Part shown: in pieces, positions 9,494 to 19,051 of the stretch | Position numbering within the stretch: the stretch's first letter is position 1 | How the letters are laid out: every line of letters starts with the position of its first letter | Assembly (NCBI GenBank): GCA_017386165.1 | Contig: JAFNQK010000122.1 | Coordinates: forward strand, 1 to 56,932 | Reading direction: 5' to 3' | Origin: Treponema sp. | GTDB lineage: Bacteria > Spirochaetota > Spirochaetia > Treponematales > Treponemataceae | DNA length: 56,932 bases | The notes under the pieces: generated by a model | What the model saw: only the letters and a program-made list of their open reading frames with translations | What the model was told of the DNA's origin: nothing | The model's database searches: none | Position numbers and translations under genes: made by a program

Positions 9494-11635
9494 TTACAAT
9501 CTTTCTTTCATTTGTTCTATTTCTCTGTATGTGAGATAGCCGCCCTTTACAAAATAATCGGTTAGGACTTTCTGCAAATCAGGGACATCTTCCAAAAAAT
9601 CAACGCCCAGAAGTTTTTGGATTGAATATTTTACGGCTCCTGGACCCCGGTATTCGTAGATTCCCATTTCTATGGATTTGCAGTAGTCTTCCTGAATGTC
9701 GTTCCAGCTGGCACCGCAGAGTCCTGATAAAACTGCACAGACGATTCCGGTTCTGTCTGTTCCAAGGGCGCAGTGTGTGATGTATGGACCCGGTGTTTTG
9801 TTTACGAATTGAACAATTTTTTTGATTCCATTGGCAAACTGTCTGCTGTCTGGAGTTTCGTAGCATTGGCTGTAGTTGCAGTCGGTCATATATAGAATCA
9901 AATTGCTTTCAATTATTTTTTTATAGAATTCCGGCATTTCGTAGGTTGCGGTTTTGAGTTCATTGTCAGAAAGATTTATGTCGGCTTTTACATTGTATTT
10001 TTCCGAAAGCTCTTTCACATATTTCATTCGCATTTGAGAGGTGTCAGAAATGTTTTTCTTGTCTTCGTCATTATACGGGTGAAAAGATCGGTATAGATTT
10101 TTAGTTCCTGGAACCAAACGAAAATTTGCTATCTGCATTTGACCTTGTATCGTATCCAGATCAAAATCTTTTAGGGATTTGCTCCTTTTTGCGAGAGACA
10201 GCCTTCTGGAGATTTCATTTTGATTCTGAGAATTATAGATTAGGCACAAGAATTTTAGTCCCGGATAAGGACCGTTGAACTTCTGATATACAAATCCGTC
10301 GGGTACAAATTTTGGTGGAGTGATAATTTCATTATCCACCTTAAAGTTATATGTTGGCTGGCCTGACTGATTTGTTGCCTGAACATCTATGTAAGGAACG
10401 GCGCAATACCAGAAGCCATCGTTATTTCTGGTCATTTGATAATGCTTTCCCTTATATTCTCCGTTGTGGTCGTTAATGCCTTTGTTAAATTCTGCTTTGA
10501 CTGATTGCGGTCTGGAACCATAAAGTTTTTCGCTTAAGAGAACAATGAAACGTTTGTTTTTGTCGTCATCGATGAAGCATTTTAAAAAGTCGTCTTGTTC
10601 TATTTTTAATTTATCAAATGAGATTTTATCCTGCTTGATTTTGGTAAGAACGGTTAAGCCTTTTGGGTTGAGTACATAAACTCCGGTTTGAGCTATATTA
10701 AAGGATAAAAAATCGAGGTGATTAAGATTTTCAAAATCAAATAAAGTGGAGTCGGCAAAGAATGAATAGTCTTTCTGATAATTTACGGCCTGTGGATTCT
10801 GGGTTTTAAGGCTTTCTAGATTATCTTTACCGGAAACAAAGAGGGCAATTCCATTGTGATCTATATGTCCAAGATTGCTGTTCTGTGAACTTTCGATCTG
10901 AACTTCTGTTTTGTCTAGAAGATTCCCGTCTGAATCACAAATTTTTAGAATCCAGTTTCCAGGAACAATATTTTTAATTGAAATATTTGTACTGGCTTTT
11001 TGTTTTTGTAATGGCGAGGAAATCGGGTCATCAATTATTACATCGAATTCAGGTTTTAAGAGATAGTCAAATGTAATTGAACCGGTTTTGAGAATATAGT
11101 CTTTTTTGGTTGAACTATAAGGAAAAGAAAAGCCCTGAAGTTCACCGATAAGCTTTGAAGAGTTGTACAGATGCGGATGAATAGAAGAATCGATGACTTT
11201 TCTGATTGTGTCCATTCGGCCGTCTTGTTCAAGTTCTTCAAAATTAAAGATGTTTTTTATTCCGTAGAGAACATCCGCAAAGGCGGTGGTGTTGTTGGAA
11301 ACGGTTACTTTGTTTGTTGAATCGGGGAGAATGTCTGTCGTAGCCCTTAAATTGAAAGCGGGTAGTTCTTTTTTGTCTGTGTCGTAGGTTTTTATGGTAA
11401 CCAGGCGGTCTTTTCCTGCAGGAATTTTATTAAAAGCGACCGTTTTTTGGGATTCGATTGAATTTATGGAAATGAAATCGGACTCTGTTTCTTCTATTTG
11501 AATGCTGGAATTGTCGGGGCTGATTGTCTGATATGTGATGATTGCTTTAATAAAGGCGAGATTGAAGGCCTTACCTTTGTCGCTATGAAATTCTATTGAT
11601 ATGTTAAGGTCTGAATATTTCTTGCTGTCATCCAT
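9494..11635 (-). CDS. Large multidomain protein with C-terminal tyrosine/dual-specificity phosphatase (Y_phosphatase3-like)
   Basis: NFR...LYRS, HCALGTDRTG P-loop, IQEDYCKS. Start moved to ATG 11635 (SD AAGGGG) because the ORF-track TTG is the -35 box. Confidence 0.75.
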   Translation of the reverse strand: MDDSKKYSDLNISIEFHSDKGKAFNLAFIKAIITYQTISPDNSSIQIEETESDFISINSIESQKTVAFNKIPAGKDRLVTIKTYDTDKKELPAFNLRATTDILPDSTNKVTVSNNTTAFADVLYGIKNIFNFEELEQDGRMDTIRKVIDSSIHPHLYNSSKLIGELQGFSFPYSSTKKDYILKTGSITFDYLLKPEFDVIIDDPISSPLQKQKASTNISIKNIVPGNWILKICDSDGNLLDKTEVQIESSQNSNLGHIDHNGIALFVSGKDNLESLKTQNPQAVNYQKDYSFFADSTLFDFENLNHLDFLSFNIAQTGVYVLNPKGLTVLTKIKQDKISFDKLKIEQDDFLKCFIDDDKNKRFIVLLSEKLYGSRPQSVKAEFNKGINDHNGEYKGKHYQMTRNNDGFWYCAVPYIDVQATNQSGQPTYNFKVDNEIITPPKFVPDGFVYQKFNGPYPGLKFLCLIYNSQNQNEISRRLSLAKRSKSLKDFDLDTIQGQMQIANFRLVPGTKNLYRSFHPYNDEDKKNISDTSQMRMKYVKELSEKYNVKADINLSDNELKTATYEMPEFYKKIIESNLILYMTDCNYSQCYETPDSRQFANGIKKIVQFVNKTPGPYITHCALGTDRTGIVCAVLSGLCGASWNDIQEDYCKSIEMGIYEYRGPGAVKYSIQKLLGVDFLEDVPDLQKVLTDYFVKGGYLTYREIEQMKERL

Positions 11636-11654
11636 AGAATCCCCTTTAATCAGT

Positions 11655-11683
11655 ATTTTAGATGATAAAAGGGGATTAGTCAA
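11655..11683 (-). promoter_or_regulatory. sigma70 promoter of the phosphatase gene
   Basis: TTGACT-17-TAAAAT on the minus strand. Confidence 0.65.
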
Positions 11684-11707
11684 AAAAATACTGTTAACAA
11701 GTTGGGG

Positions 11708-12982
11708 CTAATCAGGATCGGCCAGGGTGAGTGTTACAGTTCTGTCTTTACCGTTTCGGTGAAGAACGATATTTACAGTATCTCCCGGACGTTTTGATTC
11801 AAGGGCACTGTAATAATCAGCGATAGAAGTTACTCTTATGCCGTCGATTTTGGTAATGATATCTCCGCCCAGATAGATTGTATTATTGTAGTATCGGGCT
11901 GCCTGGGTTCCCTGAACGATTCCTGCTTTTTCAGCATTACCGCCCTTTGTGGTACGGCTTACTAAAAGTCCGCTTGCTATGTCCAGGTTTGCGTAATTTG
12001 CGATGGTGTTGTTCAACTGAACAAGCTGAACTTCTATCTGACCGCGCTTTACTTTTCCATATTTTAATAAATCTGAGGCAACTCGTACTGCGGTGCTTGC
12101 AGGAACTGCAAATCCGATACCTGCGCTGTTTCCGCTTGAAGAATAAATCATCGTATTGATTCCAATCATTCTTCCGTTTGTATCTAAGAGCGGTCCACCA
12201 CTGTTTCCTGGGTTGATTGCAGAGTCTGTCTGAATCATGTTTCTGATGATGCGGTTTGTGCTGGAGTCCTTGATAGGGCGGCCAAGGGCACTAACGATTC
12301 CTGTTGTCATGGTTCTTTCAAAACCGAATGGGTTTCCGATGGCGATTACTTTCTGACCGACTTTGAGATTTGTAGAGTCGCCAAAGGAAATTGTGCTGAG
12401 GGAAGTGCCTTCTGGAGGATTGAATTTGATGATAGCAAGGTCGCTGTCGGCGTCCTGTCCGATAACCTTTGCTTCGTACTGAGTTCCGTCGCTTAAAGAA
12501 ACATAAATCTTTGAAGCACCTTTAATTACATGAACATTTGTAAGAACGTAGCCTCTTTTATCGATGATTGAACCGGAACCGCTTCCGCCGTCCTGTACAA
12601 TCGGTTCAAGGAACCAGTTAACACCGGTAACCTGGGTATTAATGTTTACTACTGCCGGGCTGCATTTTGCATATACAGAAATATTCTGGATTTCGTCCTG
12701 TGTGTAGGTAAGGTCTGTTGAAACTGACTGGAGTTCAAGCTTTTCTGGAGAAGGGGCTTCTTCCTGCTGGAGTACAAATGGTTCCTCTTCTTTTTGAGTA
12801 ACTGCAGTTTCTGAATCAATATTTTTTTCTATTTGAGAAGTTTGTGCTGTCTTTTCTGTTTTTGACTGTTTGTTAGATTTGTTTGATGTTGCAAGGGTTA
12901 CAAATAAAGTTGTAAGGCTTGCTGCAACTGCCATTCCGATTACTGTTGAAAATACGACCTGAGCTTTCGAATATAATTTCAT
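11708..12982 (-). CDS. htrA: HtrA/DegP-family serine protease with PDZ domain
   Basis: GSGSII, TNVHV, DLAII, IQTDSAINPGNSGGPL, C-terminal PDZ, N-terminal anchor. Confidence 0.92.
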   Translation of the reverse strand: MKLYSKAQVVFSTVIGMAVAASLTTLFVTLATSNKSNKQSKTEKTAQTSQIEKNIDSETAVTQKEEEPFVLQQEEAPSPEKLELQSVSTDLTYTQDEIQNISVYAKCSPAVVNINTQVTGVNWFLEPIVQDGGSGSGSIIDKRGYVLTNVHVIKGASKIYVSLSDGTQYEAKVIGQDADSDLAIIKFNPPEGTSLSTISFGDSTNLKVGQKVIAIGNPFGFERTMTTGIVSALGRPIKDSSTNRIIRNMIQTDSAINPGNSGGPLLDTNGRMIGINTMIYSSSGNSAGIGFAVPASTAVRVASDLLKYGKVKRGQIEVQLVQLNNTIANYANLDIASGLLVSRTTKGGNAEKAGIVQGTQAARYYNNTIYLGGDIITKIDGIRVTSIADYYSALESKRPGDTVNIVLHRNGKDRTVTLTLADPD

Positions 12983-12988
12983 ACTTTC

Positions 12989-13017
12989 ATTGTAGTGAAA
13001 TGGTAGGGGGCTTACAA
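12989..13017 (-). promoter_or_regulatory. sigma70 promoter of htrA, leaderless
   Basis: TTGTAA-17-TACAAT, 6 nt to ATG 12982. Confidence 0.6.
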
Positions 13018-14646
13018 CCCAAAGGTTGTTCCCAATCTGGCTCCTATGTAGGCGGTTCCTGCGGACGGGAAGTAATACGAGGTGGCTCCGAGGTTAAGGG
13101 TATTGTTTGAGGATCCCAGAACAATTTTGAAAAGGAGACCGCTTTCTATGCAGCGCATCCAGTCGGTATTGCCGTTTTCAAAGAAGCTGTCGATTGCTCC
13201 GTATAAATCTATATTCAGAGAAGAGTTTACAAAGGCTGTTAAAATAAGGCCGTTTTGCCAGAGAGATTCGTTTTTGGTTAGTCTGGAGTCTACTGGACTG
13301 AAAATAAACTGGCTGGTTCCGCCGATATAAAGAACTGGTGTTTCAAAGCCAAGGGCGGCGGCTATTCCGAGGCCGGCACTGTTATTGCAACCGTAAGGAG
13401 GACGCACTTCTCTTGATGTATAGTTGTAGCTGAAACTTGCGGCGTAACAGATTCGTGAAGAGGAACCTAAGTCGTTCTGGTTTGACATTTTTAAGCTTGC
13501 ACCAAATATCACAGGGATTTTTTCAAGTCCGAGATCTGCTTCTAAAATTGAAGAAAGTTCGCACCAGTCGCTGACAGCCCAGCTCAAGCCCATACGAAGG
13601 GGTACTGAATAAAATCCATTTGGAATATTAAATTCCGGGCCGGTTGAAAAAGAGAACATAAAGGAGCCGCCGGTGGTGCTTCTTGCACTCAAAAGAGGTC
13701 CGGTTCCAGTTCCTGAAGATGTAATGTCTCTTAAAAAGAGTTTTACGCTGTAGTCGATTGAAACTGTTGCTGAAAGTTTTTGATTTGCGGCTTCGAAATA
13801 TGCCGTGTATTTTCCGTTAGGGAGCATTTCTCCAAGGGAGTTTCGTCCGTTCCAGGTATAGGTGTTAGTCCAGGTACTAAAGTTTGAGATATCATGTTCG
13901 TAAACGAGTTGTGCTTCTGCATCGTAAATTGAAAGTTTTGCTGTTCCGTCATTTGTTACATTTGCTGTAAAAGATACCTGTCCTGCCTGATTATCGTATT
14001 GAGGGTTGAATCTTGTGTGGTTTGAATAGAAGGAAATAAGTTCAAAAGGACACTCGGTCATGGATACTGAAACATTTTTGACGCTGTGTGGTCGTACATA
14101 AATTGAACCGGTGGCATCATAAAAACCAAATTTTCTGACTTTTATTGTGTGATATCCGGCTTCTAGTCTCAGCCATGTAGAGGATTTAAGAGAACTGTCA
14201 ACATAAATGCTGGCGCCTGCTGGCACATCTACAAAACTTAAGATCCCGGTCAATTTTTCCATGTTTATATTGTAAGAACGGGTTTCACCCCTTGAAACAT
14301 TAATCGAAGTATGAACGGTTTCATAGCCATGTTTTTCAAGTTTAAGCTTATAACGCCCCGGATGAAGCCCTGAGATTATAAGAGGGGTTGTTCCCTTGTA
14401 GTTATTATTAATATATACACTTGCACCTCTGACATTTGAACGGATTTCTACCTGTGATTTTGATGCCTGTAAAATGGTGACACCTTGTGGGGTTAATTCT
14501 CGTGTAAAATCTTCTGGATGGCTGTGGGTGCTTGCAGAAGCCTCTGGAATTTCGTCTATTTCGGTGAGAATTGATTCTTCTGCATAACTAAAAAAAGCAC
14601 TTGTGAGAAAAGCAAATAATAAAACAGTTAAGGTCGTCTTTTTCAT
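13012..14646 (-). CDS. Secreted PEGA-domain / FlgD-Ig-like protein with probable C-terminal beta-barrel
   Basis: Signal peptide; PEGA motifs (GASVYINNNYKGTTPL...GRYKLKLEKHGY); YTWNGRNSLGEMLPNGKY; alternating aromatic/Gly strands at the C-terminus. Confidence 0.7.
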   Translation of the reverse strand: MKKTTLTVLLFAFLTSAFFSYAEESILTEIDEIPEASASTHSHPEDFTRELTPQGVTILQASKSQVEIRSNVRGASVYINNNYKGTTPLIISGLHPGRYKLKLEKHGYETVHTSINVSRGETRSYNINMEKLTGILSFVDVPAGASIYVDSSLKSSTWLRLEAGYHTIKVRKFGFYDATGSIYVRPHSVKNVSVSMTECPFELISFYSNHTRFNPQYDNQAGQVSFTANVTNDGTAKLSIYDAEAQLVYEHDISNFSTWTNTYTWNGRNSLGEMLPNGKYTAYFEAANQKLSATVSIDYSVKLFLRDITSSGTGTGPLLSARSTTGGSFMFSFSTGPEFNIPNGFYSVPLRMGLSWAVSDWCELSSILEADLGLEKIPVIFGASLKMSNQNDLGSSSRICYAASFSYNYTSREVRPPYGCNNSAGLGIAAALGFETPVLYIGGTSQFIFSPVDSRLTKNESLWQNGLILTAFVNSSLNIDLYGAIDSFFENGNTDWMRCIESGLLFKIVLGSSNNTLNLGATSYYFPSAGTAYIGARLGTTFGL

Positions 14647-14666
14647 AACTTGATTATAACTAAGGA

Positions 14667-15329
14667 TTAAGATTCCGTAAATAAAAGTTTATTTTCAACA
14701 AAGCTGTAATAGGAGTTCTGAGAAAAAATTATATGATCTAAAAGTTCAATTCCGAGAATGCGGGCACCTTTGATTAATTGCTCTGTGGTGTTTATATCAT
14801 CTTTTGACGGGGTACAGTTTCCGCTTGGGTGATTGTGACATATTATTATCCCGGCAGCATTTTCTTTTATTGCTTCAAGAAAAATCTCTTTTGGGTTTAG
14901 AATCGTTTTGGTATCTGTGCCAATGGAAATAACTTTGATTTGAATAATTTCGTGACTTCCGTTGAGGCAGATACACAAAAAATGTTCTTTTTTTTTGGTG
15001 GAAAAGTTGAGTACAAATGGAAGAATATCCGACGGCATTTTAATTTTTGCATTCTGAAAACTGTTTCTCCGCCGTCCAAGTTCCAGGGCTGCCATTATGG
15101 TCAGGGCTTTGCTTTTTCCCATACCTGGGAGGTTTATAAGGTTTTCATAAATCTGTTCCCTGTTATAAGAACTGATAATTTGTTCAATCTGTTGAGCCAG
15201 GATTTCAATTGGGCAATATTTAGTTCCGGAGCCAAGAATCATCATTATTAATTCTGTATCTGTAGGATAGGAAAATCCGTGTTCCAGTGTTAGTTCCCGT
15301 ATATTCGGTTTTAAAATTTGTTGTTTCAT
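14667..15329 (-). CDS. radC: RadC / JAB-domain protein
   Basis: HhH-like LPGMGKSKA, ALELGRR, KEHF, HNHPSGNCTPSKDD, LLDHII. Confidence 0.9.
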   Translation of the reverse strand: MKQQILKPNIRELTLEHGFSYPTDTELIMMILGSGTKYCPIEILAQQIEQIISSYNREQIYENLINLPGMGKSKALTIMAALELGRRRNSFQNAKIKMPSDILPFVLNFSTKKKEHFLCICLNGSHEIIQIKVISIGTDTKTILNPKEIFLEAIKENAAGIIICHNHPSGNCTPSKDDINTTEQLIKGARILGIELLDHIIFSQNSYYSFVENKLLFTES

Positions 15330-15396
15330 CTCTTATATATAGTAAAAAAGTTGTAAAAATAGGCAAAAAATAATAAAAAAAATCCGAAAAAATAAT

Positions 15397-16017
15397 ATGA
15401 AGAAAAAAATTGAAGTTATTATTTCGTTGTTGTGTGTGTTACTGTTTGTGACCGGGTGTGTTAGTACGCCTTCTACTTTGGAAACCTCTGTTCTGCAAGA
15501 GCGGAAAATTTCCCGTAAAATTATGGAAAAAGGTGTTCTTTCAAGCGAAGAACTCTACAGATGGTTTATGAGCGAATATCCTGATTCTTCAAAAAGCATG
15601 ATCAAAAGAATCGCTCGTTATTATGTTGTAGAAGCTGATTCTGAAGGGGTTAACAGCGATGTTGCCTTTGCACAGATGTGTCTTGAAACAGGTTATTTGA
15701 AATTTGGAAATCTTGTAAAACCTGAAATGCATAATTACTGCGGCCTTGGAGCAACTGATAAGGATCATCCTGGTGAATGGTTCAAGACGGAACGGCTTGG
15801 AGTCAGAGCTCACATCCAGCATTTGCAGGCTTATGGTACAACTCTGGAAGTAGAATTAAAAAATCCTCTGGTAGATCCAAGGTACTCATGGCCACATAAA
15901 GCCCGCTTTGCAGAAGATATCTACGGACTTGCAAATACCTGGGCAATGGATCCTCTCTATGGGGAAAAAATAAATGCCATCCTTGATAAGATGGCATCTT
16001 TTGCTAACGTTCGTTAG
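15397..16017 (+). CDS. Glucosaminidase-domain (GH73-like) lipoprotein, probable peptidoglycan hydrolase
   Basis: Lipobox VTGC; AFAQMCLETG, NYCGLGA, WAMDPLYG. Confidence 0.82.
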   Translation: MKKKIEVIISLLCVLLFVTGCVSTPSTLETSVLQERKISRKIMEKGVLSSEELYRWFMSEYPDSSKSMIKRIARYYVVEADSEGVNSDVAFAQMCLETGYLKFGNLVKPEMHNYCGLGATDKDHPGEWFKTERLGVRAHIQHLQAYGTTLEVELKNPLVDPRYSWPHKARFAEDIYGLANTWAMDPLYGEKINAILDKMASFANVR

Positions 16018-16019
16018 AT

Positions 16020-16718
16020 TTATTCTCCGATCTGTGTTCCCACAAATGGTTTGTCGTCAAGAATGGCTCGGATGTTTTTAATGTCCTTGCCGCTTGCGCA
16101 GATTACTTTCATGCCGCATTCGTCGGCTTTTTTAGAAGCAATTGGGTCAAACGGACAGTTCTTTCCAGGTGTCCAGTCGTCTCCAACCATTTTTCTAAAG
16201 TCCTTCCATGAAATCTGATCGATTGGTTTTGCATCAGGATTTTTTCTTGGATCGTCAGTGTAAACTTTTTCGATATTTGAAAGGTTTACTACTGTTTTTG
16301 CGCCGTGTTTTTCAGCAAGGAGAACGGCATCGTTGTCTGTTGAGAATCCAGGGTGCCATCCAGCAGCGAGAAGAACTTTTCCTTTAAATTCAATTGGTGC
16401 AGTTGGATCGTATACAACATCGTTCTGGCAGAGATCTCCAAAACTTGCCTTTACAAGTTGAGCGTTGAGGCGGGTTGCCATGATTCCAATCCAGTCTGCT
16501 GCATCCAGGGCAGAGGAACCGCCCACGTTTTTAGCGATTTCTGCATAAGCGTTCTGATAAACTCTGGCTGGAGCTCCACCACCAACTACAAGAATCAATT
16601 TACGGCTGTCGTCTTCTTTGAGCCATTCTTTTACCATCGATATAAAGTTTGTTAAAAATTCTGTGTCCGGCTGGTTTGGGACTACGATTGAGCCGCCGAC
16701 TGATAGTACTTTTGTCAT
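16020..16718 (-). CDS. pyrH: UMP kinase, archaeal/spirochete type
   Basis: VLSVGGS, VVGGGAPAR, DWIGIMATRLNA, GWHPGFSTD, VYTDDPRKNPDA, PFDPIA. Confidence 0.92.
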   Translation of the reverse strand: MTKVLSVGGSIVVPNQPDTEFLTNFISMVKEWLKEDDSRKLILVVGGGAPARVYQNAYAEIAKNVGGSSALDAADWIGIMATRLNAQLVKASFGDLCQNDVVYDPTAPIEFKGKVLLAAGWHPGFSTDNDAVLLAEKHGAKTVVNLSNIEKVYTDDPRKNPDAKPIDQISWKDFRKMVGDDWTPGKNCPFDPIASKKADECGMKVICASGKDIKNIRAILDDKPFVGTQIGE

Positions 16719-16733
16719 ATTTTACCTCTGAGA

Positions 16734-18407
16734 TTAATATACTCCGATAACAATCGGATTTGCCCAATATGAGCTGTATTTGATTTTTTCGCCAGAAGCT
16801 TCTTCCCAGATATCCTGGAGAGCATAACTTCTTGGTTTTTGTACGATTTTACTGTTTGGTGCACTTGGCTTAATTTCGTTCCAGCCTCTGCTGAATACAA
16901 TGTGCTGTGCATCAAGGTTTCCAAAATAGTAGGTCTCAGGCTGAATATCCTTCTGCCATGGAGAATATTTTAGTCCTGCACCTAATGCCGGATCTACAGG
17001 AATCCATCCAAAACCTGCGAGGTAGAATTCACTCCACCAGTGGTCCCGGGTTTTGAGGTCTGTTTCAACAAGAATACCACTGTCAGTATAACTAGGAATT
17101 CCGCAGGCTCTTAAAAGAGCTGTGTAAATTACTGCAAAGTCGTATGCGTCACCTTTTTTTGTACGGATTAAATCCAAAGGTGAAATATTTCCTTTTCGAA
17201 CATCGTTTAAGATTACGTAGTTGTTTAGCATGTAGTTGTAAATCAGGGCTGCCATATTGTAATGGTTTGATTCGCCCTTTGTAATCTTTTTTGAAAGTGC
17301 GATAATATCCGGATCTCCACTAGGAACCAGATTGTCTTCTTTAGTTGCGATTGCCCTGAGGTTTTCTGCAACCGTTGAAACAGGATTCAATCTTGAAGCG
17401 TAAACCTGAGTTCTTGTTTCGTAAACAGTGATTGCAAAGTCGCTCTTAAATCTTTTTTTACCGAACGAAGATTTTCCTGAAACCTGTTGAATAATTGTAT
17501 GCTGAAAGTCGTTGATTACAGGTTCAGGGGTGCATTCTGTAAGCTGAACCGATGGCTGACTTGCAGTAACGAATGGGCGAGGACATCGTAAAATAATAGA
17601 AGAATCCTTGTCGCCGCTTGAATCTTCTACATCGGCATAAATCTGAACAACATATGTCTTTGGAGAAATAAAGCTCTTTTTTCCGGCTCTTTCATCGATT
17701 TCGATTTTGCGGGCTGGGGATTTTCCTTTGCTGGTTTCTACATAAAAATTACCGGAACTTGCTCCGTCCGGAACTCTTACATGGATTTCTCCATCGCTCC
17801 AGTATTCATAGTCAAAATCGTCTTCGCTTGCAGAAATGTATGAAAAGTCGTTGTCCTGGGTTGCTTCTCTTTCGCTTGAAAAATAGACCTTTGAGCGTTC
17901 TCGTGTCGGGCCAAAGTTGCTTCCAGAAATTGTTAAAAGGGTTCCTGGATAGATTTTTTCTGGAGATACGATTGTGATTACAGGGTTTGTGGTTATTGAA
18001 TTAGAAGTAACAGCAACAGGGGCTGCGGTTGTGTTTGCAAAGAATGCCGGTTTGCTTCGGGCATTTTTTGTTCCTACTACTACGAGGCCTTCCTGGACAT
18101 TTGCCGGGAGAACAACCTTGATTTCTGTGTTGCTCCATGAAATGTATGAACTCGAGGTCAGTTTGTAACCACCAAATTCAACATAATTTGTGTCCCGGAT
18201 ATTTCCAAAATCTTTTCCTGTGATAATGACAAGGTCTCCAGGGGAGCCGATAGGTGGATTAAGTGAATAGATTACAGGTTTTTCTTTTACTCTTAAGCCT
18301 AAAATCAATGAAACCACAGTGAATATCACTGCGAGGCTTATCCATAAAAGAGTTCTGATTACTGGTGATTTTCTAACGAGGTATGTGGAAGTTTTTTCCT
18401 GGTTCAC
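16734..18407 (-). CDS. Membrane-anchored IPT/TIG plus transglutaminase-like protein
   Basis: N-terminal TM; two IPT-like repeats (IITGKDFG...SWSNTEI; ISGSNFG...YWSDGEI); LLRACGIP, HWWSEFY...GWIPVDP; GTG start overlaps the upstream TGA. Confidence 0.82.
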   Translation of the reverse strand: MNQEKTSTYLVRKSPVIRTLLWISLAVIFTVVSLILGLRVKEKPVIYSLNPPIGSPGDLVIITGKDFGNIRDTNYVEFGGYKLTSSSYISWSNTEIKVVLPANVQEGLVVVGTKNARSKPAFFANTTAAPVAVTSNSITTNPVITIVSPEKIYPGTLLTISGSNFGPTRERSKVYFSSEREATQDNDFSYISASEDDFDYEYWSDGEIHVRVPDGASSGNFYVETSKGKSPARKIEIDERAGKKSFISPKTYVVQIYADVEDSSGDKDSSIILRCPRPFVTASQPSVQLTECTPEPVINDFQHTIIQQVSGKSSFGKKRFKSDFAITVYETRTQVYASRLNPVSTVAENLRAIATKEDNLVPSGDPDIIALSKKITKGESNHYNMAALIYNYMLNNYVILNDVRKGNISPLDLIRTKKGDAYDFAVIYTALLRACGIPSYTDSGILVETDLKTRDHWWSEFYLAGFGWIPVDPALGAGLKYSPWQKDIQPETYYFGNLDAQHIVFSRGWNEIKPSAPNSKIVQKPRSYALQDIWEEASGEKIKYSSYWANPIVIGVY

Positions 18408-19051
18408 GGTAACTGTCCTGTGATTGTATTCACCGGCAGTTTAATTTCCATGATTTGTTCGTTGCCCTGGTTATCAAGACCGGGAATACTTATCTTGATT
18501 GAAATATTCTGGTTATCGTCAAATTCCGGTCTGAAAACGTCCATATCAGAGAACGAAGCTCTTTGTATGTTTTGAGTGCTTACTGTATGTGTAAGTTCAT
18601 TTCCAAAGTTTCCATTTACAACAACACTCTGTTTTTGTGCAATTGGAAGATTTTGTGGACGGGTAACAGGCGTAATTGATGCAACCTGATTAGATGACTT
18701 TGTTTTGTTTACAAGTTTTACGGGGAATACAACAACTGCGACAGCAGCGGCTGCGGCCATGGCGATTTTTGCAATATTAGAAAAATCAGGCATCTGGAAT
18801 TGTATTCTTGTGTGTTTAGCGTAGCCCATTTTTGTCTGAAGTCTTTCGAAGCTGTGAGTCAGATATGTACTGTCGAGAGTAATCTGCTTGCTGTCCTGCT
18901 TAAATGCGTCATGAATTATGCGCATCTTTTCAAGCTTTTTGCGGCAACAGTCACAGGTTTTAATGTGCTCTTCATAGTCTTTAACATAAGCTTGAGGCAA
19001 TTCGTTATCGAGATAAACAGAATGAATGTCATCAGTTGGGCAAGAATACAT
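18404..19051 (-). CDS. Zinc-binding (ZAS/zf-HC2) anti-sigma factor
   Basis: YLDNEL...HIKTCDCC (HxxxCxxC), central TM helix, directly after an ECF sigma gene. Confidence 0.85.
   Translation of the reverse strand: MYSCPTDDIHSVYLDNELPQAYVKDYEEHIKTCDCCRKKLEKMRIIHDAFKQDSKQITLDSTYLTHSFERLQTKMGYAKHTRIQFQMPDFSNIAKIAMAAAAAVAVVVFPVKLVNKTKSSNQVASITPVTRPQNLPIAQKQSVVVNGNFGNELTHTVSTQNIQRASFSDMDVFRPEFDDNQNISIKISIPGLDNQGNEQIMEIKLPVNTITGQLP

Noticed and set aside
14667-15329. JAB domain as part of a CBASS or other defence system
   Set aside because: Ordinary RadC with HhH N-terminus; no nucleotidyltransferase, E1/E2 or effector neighbours
16020-16718. Archaeal-type UMP kinase as a recent transfer
   Set aside because: This subtype is already known in spirochetes
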